Source of the DNA: Gammaproteobacteria bacterium
GTDB lineage: Bacteria > Pseudomonadota > Gammaproteobacteria > UBA9214
Length of the DNA: 61,050 nt
Direction of reading: 5' to 3'
NCBI GenBank assembly: GCA_022340485.1
Contig: JAJDNX010000123.1
Span: 1-61,050, forward strand
Below the pieces are notes generated by a model. It was not told the origin of the DNA. It made no database searches and saw nothing but the letters and a program-made list of their open reading frames with translations. The translations under genes were made by a program, and so were the position numbers. Within the stretch, counting starts at the first letter, position 1; each line of letters starts with the position of its first letter. Positions 30,766 to 39,990 of the stretch are shown piece by piece.

Positions 30766-31311
30766 ATGAATGATAAAATAATAAATATGGACAAACAGCC
30801 CTCAGGAAACACAACGTCATCCGAAGGCTTCCCCGAAGGGGACTCCATGGATCGTTTTGTCCGCGTGTTTGAGGCCAGCGCCCGTCGCTGGGAACTGATT
30901 GTCTATCCTGCCATGCTTGCCTTCGTCGTACTGGCGGCCTATGGCTTCTTCCTTATCTATACCCTGAGCAAGGACATCAATACCCTGGCGAAGGGCATGG
31001 ACCCGAATATGGGGGAACACCTCAGTCATATTTCGGAGAGTGTCATCTACCTGTCCGAAAATGTGCGTACCATGACGCGTCGTGTTTACCATATGTCCGA
31101 ATCTGTAGAGACCATGGCCGATAGGATGATCGCCCTGGAACACCTGGAGCCGATGCTGAACAATATGCATGGCATGAACCTTTCAATGGAAAGCATGAAC
31201 CAGAATATGCGTCTCATGACCATTACCGGCGATGCCATCCGTTATGAAATGGGTGACATGAGCAACAGCATGAAACCAATGGGCCGCATGAACAGCATCA
31301 TGCCGTGGTAA
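30766..31311 (+). CDS. Met-rich single-TM coiled-coil hypothetical protein
   Basis: One TM helix then a Met-rich heptad region; stop overlaps nirN start; start may be 30847. Confidence 0.75.
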   Translation: MNDKIINMDKQPSGNTTSSEGFPEGDSMDRFVRVFEASARRWELIVYPAMLAFVVLAAYGFFLIYTLSKDINTLAKGMDPNMGEHLSHISESVIYLSENVRTMTRRVYHMSESVETMADRMIALEHLEPMLNNMHGMNLSMESMNQNMRLMTITGDAIRYEMGDMSNSMKPMGRMNSIMPW

Positions 31312-33056
31312 GGCAGCCTGTCAGTACCTGGTTCCTTGCCATCTGCATCGGTTGTGCATTACTGACTGCAGCAACAGTTATCACCGCTACCGAGGCTGGT
31401 TCTCCACACTACTATGAAGAATTCAATCCTTCCCTGACCCCCTGGGAACCTCCACCAGAAAAAAATATAGAGGAGGTCTTCAAGCGATACGAGTACTACT
31501 CCATTGTGTATTCGGATAATGAGACAAGGCTGGTTGTATCTCACTATCTAAGCGGATCGCTTGCAGAGGTGTCATACTGGAAACTCCAGCCAGATGGTGC
31601 ACTGCAACAGGAAAAAGATCCTGATTCACCTGTTTCGATTACCGCCAACCGCTTGTATGCAGGTCTTTGTGCATCCTGCCATGGGGCCACCCGTCTGGGT
31701 GGTGCAGGTCCGGCACTGTTGCCGTCGAACCTGGGTCGTTTGCGCAAGCTAGATGCTGCCGATGTAATCAGGGAGGGTCGACCTGCGACACAGATGCCGC
31801 CTTTCGGCAAGCAGTTGGATGAGGCAGGCATACAGCAGCTGGTTGCATTCATCTACTCGCCACCCGATGCGGACCTGACGTGGGATAGTGAGTCCATCAA
31901 CGCTACACGTACCGTGCTGTACTCCCCCCAGGAACTGTCGGACAAGCCGGTGTTTACTGCCGACCCGCTGAATCTGTTCATGGTCGTAGAGGCGGGGGAT
32001 CATCATGTGACGGTGCTGGATGGTGATCGCCTGCAGCCCATCCACCGGTTTGCCTCACGCTATGCACTGCACGGCGGCATTAAATATTCACCGGATGGCC
32101 GCTACGCCTACCTTGCCTCACGTGATGGCTGGATAAGCAAGTTTGACCTGTATAACCTGAAAATTGTGGCTGAGGTGCGCGCCGGCATAAACACGCGCAA
32201 TGTTGCAATATCCGGTGACGGTAACACTTTGCTGGTCGGTAACTATCTGCCGAATTCACTGGTGTTGCTGGATGCCGCGGATCTTCACCTGATAAAAATC
32301 ATTCCCGTGCTTGATGTGGAGGGGAAACCCTCTCGCGTCAGTGCCGTCTACCAGGCAGAGCCTCGCGGCAGCTTTGTGGCCGCCCTGAAGGATGTCCCGG
32401 AAGTATGGGAAATTCGATATGACACAAAGGATTATCCTGTCAGGAAGATTCGTCTGCAGCAGGTTCTGGATGATTTCTTTTTTGACCAGGAATATCGCTT
32501 GTTGATTGGCGCTGATCGTGAGCAGCAGAACGGACAGGTGGTGGATCTGGAGAGTGGCAAGCGTGTTGCAGTATTGCCCCTTGCCGGCATGCCGCACCTG
32601 GGTTCCGGTATCACCTGGGAGTACCAGGGTAGACCGGTGCTGGCGACGCCGAACCTGAAGGACAGCAAGGTCACGGTGATCGATATGCAAAACTGGGAAG
32701 TGATCCGCGAGATACCGACCCTGGGACCGGGATTTTTCATGCGTAGCCATGAAAATACACCGTATGCCTGGACGGATGTCTTTTTTGGTCCGGACAAGGA
32801 CGCCATGCATGTTTTCGACAAGCGCACCCTCGAAATGGTGAAGACCTTGCGCCCCGAGCCTGGCAAGACCTCGGCACATGTCGAATTCACCCGTGACGGT
32901 CGTTATGCCCTTGTCAGTCTGTGGGAAACTGAGGGTGCGCTGGTGGTCTACGATGCAGCGACGCTTGTGGAGGTCAAGCGTATCCCCATGAACAAGCCTT
33001 CGGGTAAATATAATGTCTATAATAAAATCGAACGTTCTGCCGGTACCAGTCACTGA
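31305..33056 (+). CDS. nirN: NirN, dihydro-haem d1 dehydrogenase (c + d1 domains) with N-terminal extension
   Basis: CASCHG, DPLNLFMVVE, YALHGG, GMPHLGSG, FFMRSHE, KPSGKYNVYNK..SAGTSH. Confidence 0.9.
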   Translation: MVRQPVSTWFLAICIGCALLTAATVITATEAGSPHYYEEFNPSLTPWEPPPEKNIEEVFKRYEYYSIVYSDNETRLVVSHYLSGSLAEVSYWKLQPDGALQQEKDPDSPVSITANRLYAGLCASCHGATRLGGAGPALLPSNLGRLRKLDAADVIREGRPATQMPPFGKQLDEAGIQQLVAFIYSPPDADLTWDSESINATRTVLYSPQELSDKPVFTADPLNLFMVVEAGDHHVTVLDGDRLQPIHRFASRYALHGGIKYSPDGRYAYLASRDGWISKFDLYNLKIVAEVRAGINTRNVAISGDGNTLLVGNYLPNSLVLLDAADLHLIKIIPVLDVEGKPSRVSAVYQAEPRGSFVAALKDVPEVWEIRYDTKDYPVRKIRLQQVLDDFFFDQEYRLLIGADREQQNGQVVDLESGKRVAVLPLAGMPHLGSGITWEYQGRPVLATPNLKDSKVTVIDMQNWEVIREIPTLGPGFFMRSHENTPYAWTDVFFGPDKDAMHVFDKRTLEMVKTLRPEPGKTSAHVEFTRDGRYALVSLWETEGALVVYDAATLVEVKRIPMNKPSGKYNVYNKIERSAGTSH

Positions 33057-33176
33057 ACCTGGTTTCAGCAGGCCAGGGGTGGCTCCAGGTGTCTTCATGG
33101 CAGTATGATCTTTCGTGTAGGCTATACTTTGTGCGTGACCAGTAAAGACTAAAACAATTTAAAAAGGAGAATCGTT

Positions 33177-34283
33177 ATGTCGTTAAAACCACTTTTTTTT
33201 AGCATCCTTGCGGTAATGCTGCTGCAGCCAGCTGTCCAGGCCGAGGAAACTGCACCTGCCGCTGAGCCTGCGCCTGCCGCAGAGCCAGCCGCTGCCGTTG
33301 AGCCTGCACCTGCTGCAGAGCCAGCCGCTGCCGCAGAGCCAGCACCTGCGCCTGCCGCTGAGTCAGCCGCTGCCGCAGAGCCAGCACCTGCGCCTGCCAC
33401 TGAGCCAGCCGCTGCCGCAGAGCCAGCCGCTGCCCCTGCTCCCGAGCCTGCTGCGGTAGTCGCACCCGCACCTGCAGCTGAACCATTGAACCCTATGGAA
33501 GAACGTATCCGCGCCTATCGTGAGCAATTTGATCAGCGTACCAAGGAAGCCGAATTGATGCGCCAACAGCATCAGGCGGAGATGGAGAGAATGCATGCAG
33601 AGCGTCAGGCAGAGATGGAGCAGGCGATCGAAGAGCACCAGGAAGAGGTGGTGGATACGCGTGAACAACTCCAGGCAGAGCTGGAACAGCTGATCGAGGA
33701 GCGCCAGGCGGAGATGGAGAGCATGCGTGCCCAGCATCCCATGCAGGTACCCCCTCCGGTATCAGAGCGCCAGCAGGCGCTGCAAAAGTATCGCGAAGAG
33801 CAGCGCGCCTATTTCGAAAAACAGCGGCAGGAGCGGGAAGCGCTGGCAAAACAGCGGCGCGAGGAAAGGCAGAAGTACCTGGATGCACGCATGGAAGCCT
33901 ATCTGAAACAGCGCGAGGAACGCCTCGCCGAAATCGAGAAGCAGCAGGAAGAAATCCGTAATCGTGCTGAAGACAGACACAATTATCTGGTTGAAAACCA
34001 GGATGAGATCCTCAAGGAAATGCTGGATGAACAGGTAGACATTGCCAGTCGTCATGAGGAAATGCGCCAGCAGGCCGAAGAGCGTCGCAAGAGGATAATG
34101 GCCATGCGTGCCACATTAATGGACATGAGCCCTGAAGAACGCATGGCCTATCTCGAGGAGCACCGGGATGAACTGTTTGGCGAGGAGGCTGCACCGCAAC
34201 CCCCCGCAAGACCTCGCATGATGCAGCCGTCTATGCGCACTCCCATGCGGCCGCCCGTCCCACCGGTACCCCCGAGGTACTGA
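33177..34283 (+). CDS. Secreted Pro/Ala-repeat and coiled-coil protein
   Basis: AGGAG RBS; signal peptide ending AVQA; AEPAPA/AEPAAA repeats; E/Q/R-rich helix; Pro-rich tail. Confidence 0.8.
   Translation: MSLKPLFFSILAVMLLQPAVQAEETAPAAEPAPAAEPAAAVEPAPAAEPAAAAEPAPAPAAESAAAAEPAPAPATEPAAAAEPAAAPAPEPAAVVAPAPAAEPLNPMEERIRAYREQFDQRTKEAELMRQQHQAEMERMHAERQAEMEQAIEEHQEEVVDTREQLQAELEQLIEERQAEMESMRAQHPMQVPPPVSERQQALQKYREEQRAYFEKQRQEREALAKQRREERQKYLDARMEAYLKQREERLAEIEKQQEEIRNRAEDRHNYLVENQDEILKEMLDEQVDIASRHEEMRQQAEERRKRIMAMRATLMDMSPEERMAYLEEHRDELFGEEAAPQPPARPRMMQPSMRTPMRPPVPPVPPRY
33250..33482 (+). repeat. Coding tandem repeats, about 18-nt units (GCAGAGCCAGCCGCTGCC variants)
   Basis: Degenerate in-frame direct repeats encoding AEPAPA/AEPAAA. 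Confidence 0.85.
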
Positions 34284-34299
34284 TTACCGCATCTGCAGG

Positions 34300-34333
34300 G
34301 TCAGGCTGGCAGGGTAAACTTTGCCAGCCTGAC
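34300..34333 (+). terminator. Stem-loop after coiled-coil gene
   Basis: GTCAGGCTGGCA..TGCCAGCCTGAC 12-bp stem; no clear U tract. Confidence 0.55.
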
Positions 34334-34530
34334 AGCTGCATCCGGATTAGGACGCGGTGTCATTCTTTTTTCTGGTCTCTGTTGCTGTTTAAACGAGGCG
34401 GGTTATTCCACTGGACGGGTTGCGCTATTTGCCGTTACGGCTCGACCGGGAACGACCCGTACCGTTTTGATCCTGCGCGCGGCATTTGACCTGCGAGCAT
34501 GCGGTTGACGCACTGGCAGCCGCTTATTCC

Positions 34531-34980
34531 TCAGGGGCGTTTTTTGGCCTCCTGCTCGGCCTCTCGTGCGGTTAGCTTGACCAGCAGGGAGAGTTCCTCG
34601 CTCAACAGCCCCAGAATATCATTCTGTGCCAGCACGCCGACCAGTTCACACTGGTTTGAAACAACCGGAACCCGCCGTACGCCACGGGCTCGCATACGCT
34701 GTGCGGTTTCGAGGATGCTGTCGTTTTCATTGATCTTGAGCACGGCGCTGGTCATGATGTCGCCGACGGTGACGATATTCGGGTCAACATCTTCGGCAAG
34801 GACTTCAACGACAATATCCCGGTCAGTCAGGATGCCGACCGGTTCGATGTCAGGGTCCCGCTTTTCGGTGATGATAAGACTCCCAACATGTCTGTCGCGC
34901 ATCAAGCGTGCTGCCGCGGAGATGCTGGTTTCACGGGTTGCAGTAACCACGTTCCGGTTGCAGAGTGCTCCTGCATTCAT
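34531..34980 (-). CDS. CBS domain protein
   Basis: Tandem CBS pair: HVGSL..GILTDRDI, GVRRVPVV..GVLAQNDI. Confidence 0.9.
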   Translation of the reverse strand: MNAGALCNRNVVTATRETSISAAARLMRDRHVGSLIITEKRDPDIEPVGILTDRDIVVEVLAEDVDPNIVTVGDIMTSAVLKINENDSILETAQRMRARGVRRVPVVSNQCELVGVLAQNDILGLLSEELSLLVKLTAREAEQEAKKRP

Positions 34981-35076
34981 GGGTTTTCCCCCTGTGTTCT
35001 GTGAATAAACGAGACGGCCGGTGATTGCATGTATCACGGCCCGGCTTCAGTATAGGCAGGGTTGTTCCCGCCGGTG

Positions 35077-35090
35077 TTGATCCATGTCAA
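35077..35090. promoter_or_regulatory. FNR/DNR-like box between CBS gene and kinase gene
   Basis: TTGAT-CCAT-GTCAA. Confidence 0.65.
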
Positions 35091-35101
35091 GGTGATCATG
35101 A

Positions 35102-36790
35102 GTGATCGCACTGGTGTGTCTTCGGAAGATTTATTGCTGCTACACTTGCAGGGAATTCGAGTGTCACGGAAAGGCAGGACCCTTGGGACATAAACCGCAA
35201 AATGACAACACGGTAACCACGCAGTTGCCCCTGATTGCGGCGCTGCAGAACCCGGTTGTTTACGGACATGCGGTCGCTGAGCTACAACTGATCGAGACGC
35301 ACATCTCCTGGGTCTTCCTCACGGGAGAGTATGTCTACAAGGTCAAGAAGGCAGTCAACTTCGGTTTTCTTGATTACTCGACGCTGGAGAAGCGCAGCTT
35401 TTATTGCCAGGAAGAATTGCGACTGAACCGGCGTTTTGCACCACACGTTTACATTGATGTGGTCGCCATCACCGGCACTTGCGAACAGCCCTCCCTGCAG
35501 GGCGGCGGCAAGCCGATCGAGTATGCCGTGAGGATGAAACAATTTCCCCAATCCGCGTTACTCAGTGTGCTGGCAGCACAGCACACACTTTCATCGCAAC
35601 ACATCGACGCACTTGCAGCACTGCTGCCCGCCATGCATGCGGCAGTCGAGATCGCAGACAAGCACTCAGAATTCGGGCGGCCAGACGACATCCACCACTG
35701 GGTCATGGAGAATTTTGAACATATCCGTCCGGCACTGCATGAAGCTCAGCAGCTGCAACTGCTTGACAGGATAGAGCACTGGTGCCTTCAGGAATTTGAA
35801 GACCGTCGGGCATTGCTTGAGAGGCGTCGTGATGAAGGCTTTATTCGGGAATGTCACGGCGACCTGCACCTCGGTAATCTGGCAATCATAGATGACCGGA
35901 TCACCCCGTTTGATGGTATAGAGTTCAACCCGCAACTGCGCTGGATTGACGTAATGAGCGAGGTTGCTTTCCTGCTCATGGATATTCGTGACCGTGGTTA
36001 TCTGCACCTGGCACGCCGACTGCTGAACGCGTATCTGCAACACACGGGGGATTATTCGGGTCTGGCGGTGCTGCGTTACTACGTAGTCTACCGGGCGCTG
36101 GTGCGCGCAAAGGTGGCTGTGCTGCGGTCACTGCAGGCTTCCTCCACACTCGATGAGCAAGATGCCTGGTACGAATATGCCACCTACATGGATCTGGCTT
36201 CACGCTATGTCGAAACACCGTCAGCAGCGCTGATTATTACGCACGGTGTGTCGGGAACGGGCAAGTCATTTTTTGCCACTCGACTGGCTGAACAACTGGG
36301 TGCTATCCAGCTACGTTCCGATATTGAGCGTAAACGTCTCTATGGTTTCGCGGCGGGAGCCGATACGAAGTCGGGTATCAGGGCAGGAATTTATTCTGCG
36401 GGTGCCAGTGAGCGCACCTATGAGCAGCTTGCCGTGCTGGCGGGCACGGTGATTGCAGCCGGCTTCCCGGTAATTGTTGATGCGACCTTCCTGCAGTTGG
36501 TGCGGCGAGAACAGTTTCGCCAGTTATCAGCCACGTTGTCTGTACCGTTCGTGCTACTGCATTTCGAAGCAGACAAGGAGACACTGTATGCACGCATACG
36601 GCGCCGTCAGGCTGCAGGTGAGGATCCATCAGAAGCAGGTATCGAGGTACTGGAGGCGCAGCTGGCATCACAGGATCCGTTGCTGCCAAGGGAAATCAAC
36701 GCTGCGCTCAGCGTGGATTCCTGCAGGGACAAACCTGCAGACACATCTCGCCGGCTCAATGCAAAGATACAGGCGATGCTGAGTGGATAG
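35102..36790 (+). CDS. Bifunctional aminoglycoside-phosphotransferase-like / P-loop kinase (AAA_33) protein
   Basis: ETHISWVFL, ECHGDLHLGN, FDGIEFN, GVSGTGKS, RSDIERK, VDATF; true start probably near 35183-35225. Confidence 0.88.
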   Translation: MIALVCLRKIYCCYTCREFECHGKAGPLGHKPQNDNTVTTQLPLIAALQNPVVYGHAVAELQLIETHISWVFLTGEYVYKVKKAVNFGFLDYSTLEKRSFYCQEELRLNRRFAPHVYIDVVAITGTCEQPSLQGGGKPIEYAVRMKQFPQSALLSVLAAQHTLSSQHIDALAALLPAMHAAVEIADKHSEFGRPDDIHHWVMENFEHIRPALHEAQQLQLLDRIEHWCLQEFEDRRALLERRRDEGFIRECHGDLHLGNLAIIDDRITPFDGIEFNPQLRWIDVMSEVAFLLMDIRDRGYLHLARRLLNAYLQHTGDYSGLAVLRYYVVYRALVRAKVAVLRSLQASSTLDEQDAWYEYATYMDLASRYVETPSAALIITHGVSGTGKSFFATRLAEQLGAIQLRSDIERKRLYGFAAGADTKSGIRAGIYSAGASERTYEQLAVLAGTVIAAGFPVIVDATFLQLVRREQFRQLSATLSVPFVLLHFEADKETLYARIRRRQAAGEDPSEAGIEVLEAQLASQDPLLPREINAALSVDSCRDKPADTSRRLNAKIQAMLSG

Positions 36791-36904
36791 TAGCCAGGCG
36801 CGGGGCCTGGAGGTATTTTGTATATGAGTAATGCCGTGGCTAACTATGCATACTCCCTGGCCGATATGAGCTGAATAAAGCGGTATTAAGTAACAATCGG
36901 GAAA

Positions 36905-38119
36905 ATGTACTGGCTCTCATTCAAAAAAAAGAAGGATAAACCCGTAACCGGCCTTATCCTGCCGGGTGGCGGTGCACGGAATGCCTACCAGGCAGGTGTG
37001 CTGAAGGCAATCGGCGATATGTTGCCGGAGGATGTTGAAAACCCGTTTGCAGTTATCTGTGGGACTTCCTCGGGCGCCCTCAATGCGGTATTGCTGGCCA
37101 GCAGTGCGACCCGCTTTCAGGAGGGCGTTGACCGGCTTTACGGTGTCTGGGCAAATTTTCATGTCGGCAAGGTTTTCAGGACCGATTCATGGACCGCGAT
37201 CAAGAGTGGCTTCCATTGGGCAGTAACCTTCATGGGCATCGGCCGGGTGAAACGACAGCCAAGATCCGTGCTGGACAATTCGCCGCTGCGCAGGTTGCTT
37301 GAAAGCCATATCCGTTTCGCGCGGATCCAGCAGGCAATCGATACCGGGTGCCTGGATGCAGTCTCGGTTACTGCCTCCGGTTACACCAGTGGCATGTCGG
37401 TCACGTTTTATCAGGGCAAACAGGGGCTGAAGCCATGGAATCGAACGCGCCGCATCGGGCAGCCGACCGAGCTGACACTAAACCATCTGATGGCCTCATC
37501 GGCGATACCGGTACTGTTCCCCGCGGTAAAACTGCGCAACGAATATTTTGGTGACGGCTCCATGCGGCAAACGGCACCACTCAGTCCGGCATTGCACCTC
37601 GGTGCAAACCGCCTGCTGATCATTGGCGTCAGAAACCCGCGCCCGGATACACCGCCGGAAGATGCCAGGAAGATTCCCTTCCCGACGTTCGGAGAAATAA
37701 CCGGTTATATCTTTGATACCCTTTTCATGGACAGCCTGGATGCCGATATCGAACGCCTGCGGCGAATCAATCACACCATTACCGAGACCCGCGACAAGCG
37801 GGTGAAATACCATGACACCTCTTTGCGCCAGATCGATTACCTCGTGATCTCGCCGAGTATGGATATCCGTGATATCGTGGCACGCTATGTGGGTAATTTT
37901 CCGCGCTCCGTGCGCCTTCTCCTGAAGGGAATCGGCGCCCTCACCCGCGAGGGTCGTCCCCTGATGAGTTACCTGATGTTTGATGCACCCTACTGCAAGG
38001 AACTCATGGAACTCGGTTACGCCGATGGCATGGCGGCGCGTAAACAGGTGCTGCATCTGCTTGGTTACGAAGAACTCGCCGTAGAAACACAAGCCGACGA
38101 AGCCGAAGCCGCGAGCTAG
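36905..38119 (+). CDS. Patatin-like phospholipase
   Basis: GGGAR, GTSSG nucleophile elbow, DGS motif. Confidence 0.9.
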   Translation: MYWLSFKKKKDKPVTGLILPGGGARNAYQAGVLKAIGDMLPEDVENPFAVICGTSSGALNAVLLASSATRFQEGVDRLYGVWANFHVGKVFRTDSWTAIKSGFHWAVTFMGIGRVKRQPRSVLDNSPLRRLLESHIRFARIQQAIDTGCLDAVSVTASGYTSGMSVTFYQGKQGLKPWNRTRRIGQPTELTLNHLMASSAIPVLFPAVKLRNEYFGDGSMRQTAPLSPALHLGANRLLIIGVRNPRPDTPPEDARKIPFPTFGEITGYIFDTLFMDSLDADIERLRRINHTITETRDKRVKYHDTSLRQIDYLVISPSMDIRDIVARYVGNFPRSVRLLLKGIGALTREGRPLMSYLMFDAPYCKELMELGYADGMAARKQVLHLLGYEELAVETQADEAEAAS

Positions 38120-38232
38120 TATTCCTCGATCAGGAATGATTACGGCCTGTTGTCAGGCCAGTGCGGTCAGATTCCACCTTCTCATGGGTAAGCCCGTGAT
38201 TGTGTAGTAGTATTGGACCCTGATGGGATTCA

Positions 38233-39990
38233 ATGCTTCCGGACAATCTTTCCTGCAACCCGCCAGCCTCTAACCAGATGCCGATCTCGATCCCCAAAGG
38301 TAGTTTGCGCAATGTCATCCTGTTCGGGATGTCTGCCGGCTTGCTGCTCTTTGGCGGGCTGGGAGCGCGCAACCTGTGGGGCTCCGAGGATCGCTGGGCC
38401 GAAATCAGCCGCAATATCCTAAAGAGCGGGGACTGGTTCCATCCCGTGATTAACGGCACCGTCTACTTCGACAAGCCACTGTTTTCCTACTGGTGGATCG
38501 TGGTCAGTGAATGGATCACGGGGACGCTGGATGAATTTACCATACGTCTCCCGAGTGTTATGGCCGGCATTATCGTGCTGTGGGCCACGTTCAGTATCGG
38601 CCGCCGTCTCTGGGACCGGCAGGTTGCCTGGATTGCACTGTGGCTGTTGCTCAGCAGCTACGGGTTTTTGTTCTGGACGCACACGGCGGCTGCTGATATG
38701 GGCAACGCGGCTTTCATCATGCTTGCGGTCGCCTGGTTCTTCCGCTATCGCGATTCGCGTGCATTTCGCCATTATCTGGTATTCTGGCTGATCTGCGGTG
38801 CAGGGGCGCAGATGAAGGGGTTAACGGCATTTGTCGTTCCGGCACTGTTGCTGCTCCCATGGCTGGTGCGGGAGCGCCGACTGCTGCTGCACCTCAATCT
38901 CCCGCATGCACTGGCGGCATTGGCCGGGATCGCCTTTTTCCTGTTGCCTTATCTGGGCGCTGCCCTGTTGCCGTTGCCCGAAGGTTATTTGCTACCACGG
39001 AATGAACTGAGCGGGCTGGATCTGGTGATCCGCGAGAACGTGGTGCGCTTTTTCCAGCCCTTCGATCATCGCGACCCGGTGTACAGTTATCTCTACCACG
39101 TGCCGCGCCTGTTGCTGCCGTGGGTGTTCGTATTCATTGCCGCGCTGGTTTTTGCGCTGCGTAACTACCGCGAGGCAGCGTGGCAGGAGCGCTGGCTGCT
39201 GGAAGCCATTTTACTGGTTTTCCTGTTCTTCACCCTGTCTGGCTCGCGACGCTGGTATTACATTCTGCCGATCGTGCCGTTCTGTTCCCTGCTGATGGCC
39301 TCCTATCTGTTGCAGGGGCCCGCCGGATACCTGCGCTCGGCTGCGCTTGCGGCTACCCAGGCCCTGCTGGCCGTGGCAGGTCTGGTGCTGGTGGCCAGTC
39401 CGCTGGTGCTGATCTACAAGGACATGCCGGTCAGCGCTGCAATGTGGCTCATGAGTGCGGGCTTGCTGCTGCTGTTACCCTTGATCTGGGTCAAGCGTGC
39501 GCGGATTGCTGGGTATACTGGCACTGCCCAAATGGGTGTACAGTTTGCCGGACTGGTCGCTGCGGCCGTGTTGTTGATGTGGGCACTGTTTACTGTGGTC
39601 TTGCCCTATAGCGACAACTTCCGGCAAGACAAGGCCTTTGCGCTGCAGTTGAAGCAACAGCTGGGAGGAGACGACCGGGTAGCGTTTTACCGGCATGAAC
39701 GTGCCGATGTGGTGTTCTATCTCGGTCAGGATTATGCCGTCCCGCTACTCGACGCGTTATCGTTGCACGAGGTAGGGGATACGACGGTGCTGATTGTCGA
39801 GCAGCAGAATATCGACGAGCTTGCCAGCCGTTTTCCCGAACTGATGGAGGTTGGGCCGCTGCTCCGGCAGGTTGAGTATGAATGGCAAGGGGATCGCAGC
39901 AAATACAACCTCAGTGCCTGGCGATTACCGGACGCAGCATCAGGCCAGCAGCAGCCAGTTGAGCCTGGACAGAAGGACGCAGGGACTTGA
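38233..39990 (+). CDS. ArnT-family glycosyltransferase (paralogue 1)
   Basis: EDRWAEISR, YFDKPLFSYW, RLPSV, multi-TM. Confidence 0.85.
   Translation: MLPDNLSCNPPASNQMPISIPKGSLRNVILFGMSAGLLLFGGLGARNLWGSEDRWAEISRNILKSGDWFHPVINGTVYFDKPLFSYWWIVVSEWITGTLDEFTIRLPSVMAGIIVLWATFSIGRRLWDRQVAWIALWLLLSSYGFLFWTHTAAADMGNAAFIMLAVAWFFRYRDSRAFRHYLVFWLICGAGAQMKGLTAFVVPALLLLPWLVRERRLLLHLNLPHALAALAGIAFFLLPYLGAALLPLPEGYLLPRNELSGLDLVIRENVVRFFQPFDHRDPVYSYLYHVPRLLLPWVFVFIAALVFALRNYREAAWQERWLLEAILLVFLFFTLSGSRRWYYILPIVPFCSLLMASYLLQGPAGYLRSAALAATQALLAVAGLVLVASPLVLIYKDMPVSAAMWLMSAGLLLLLPLIWVKRARIAGYTGTAQMGVQFAGLVAAAVLLMWALFTVVLPYSDNFRQDKAFALQLKQQLGGDDRVAFYRHERADVVFYLGQDYAVPLLDALSLHEVGDTTVLIVEQQNIDELASRFPELMEVGPLLRQVEYEWQGDRSKYNLSAWRLPDAASGQQQPVEPGQKDAGT

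Noticed and set aside
33250-33482. Tandem repeats as a possible CRISPR array
   Set aside because: Degenerate, in-frame, no unique spacers, no cas genes; they encode Pro/Ala linkers. The same applies to the 9-12-nt repeats at 49677-49935 in the sulfur globule gene.
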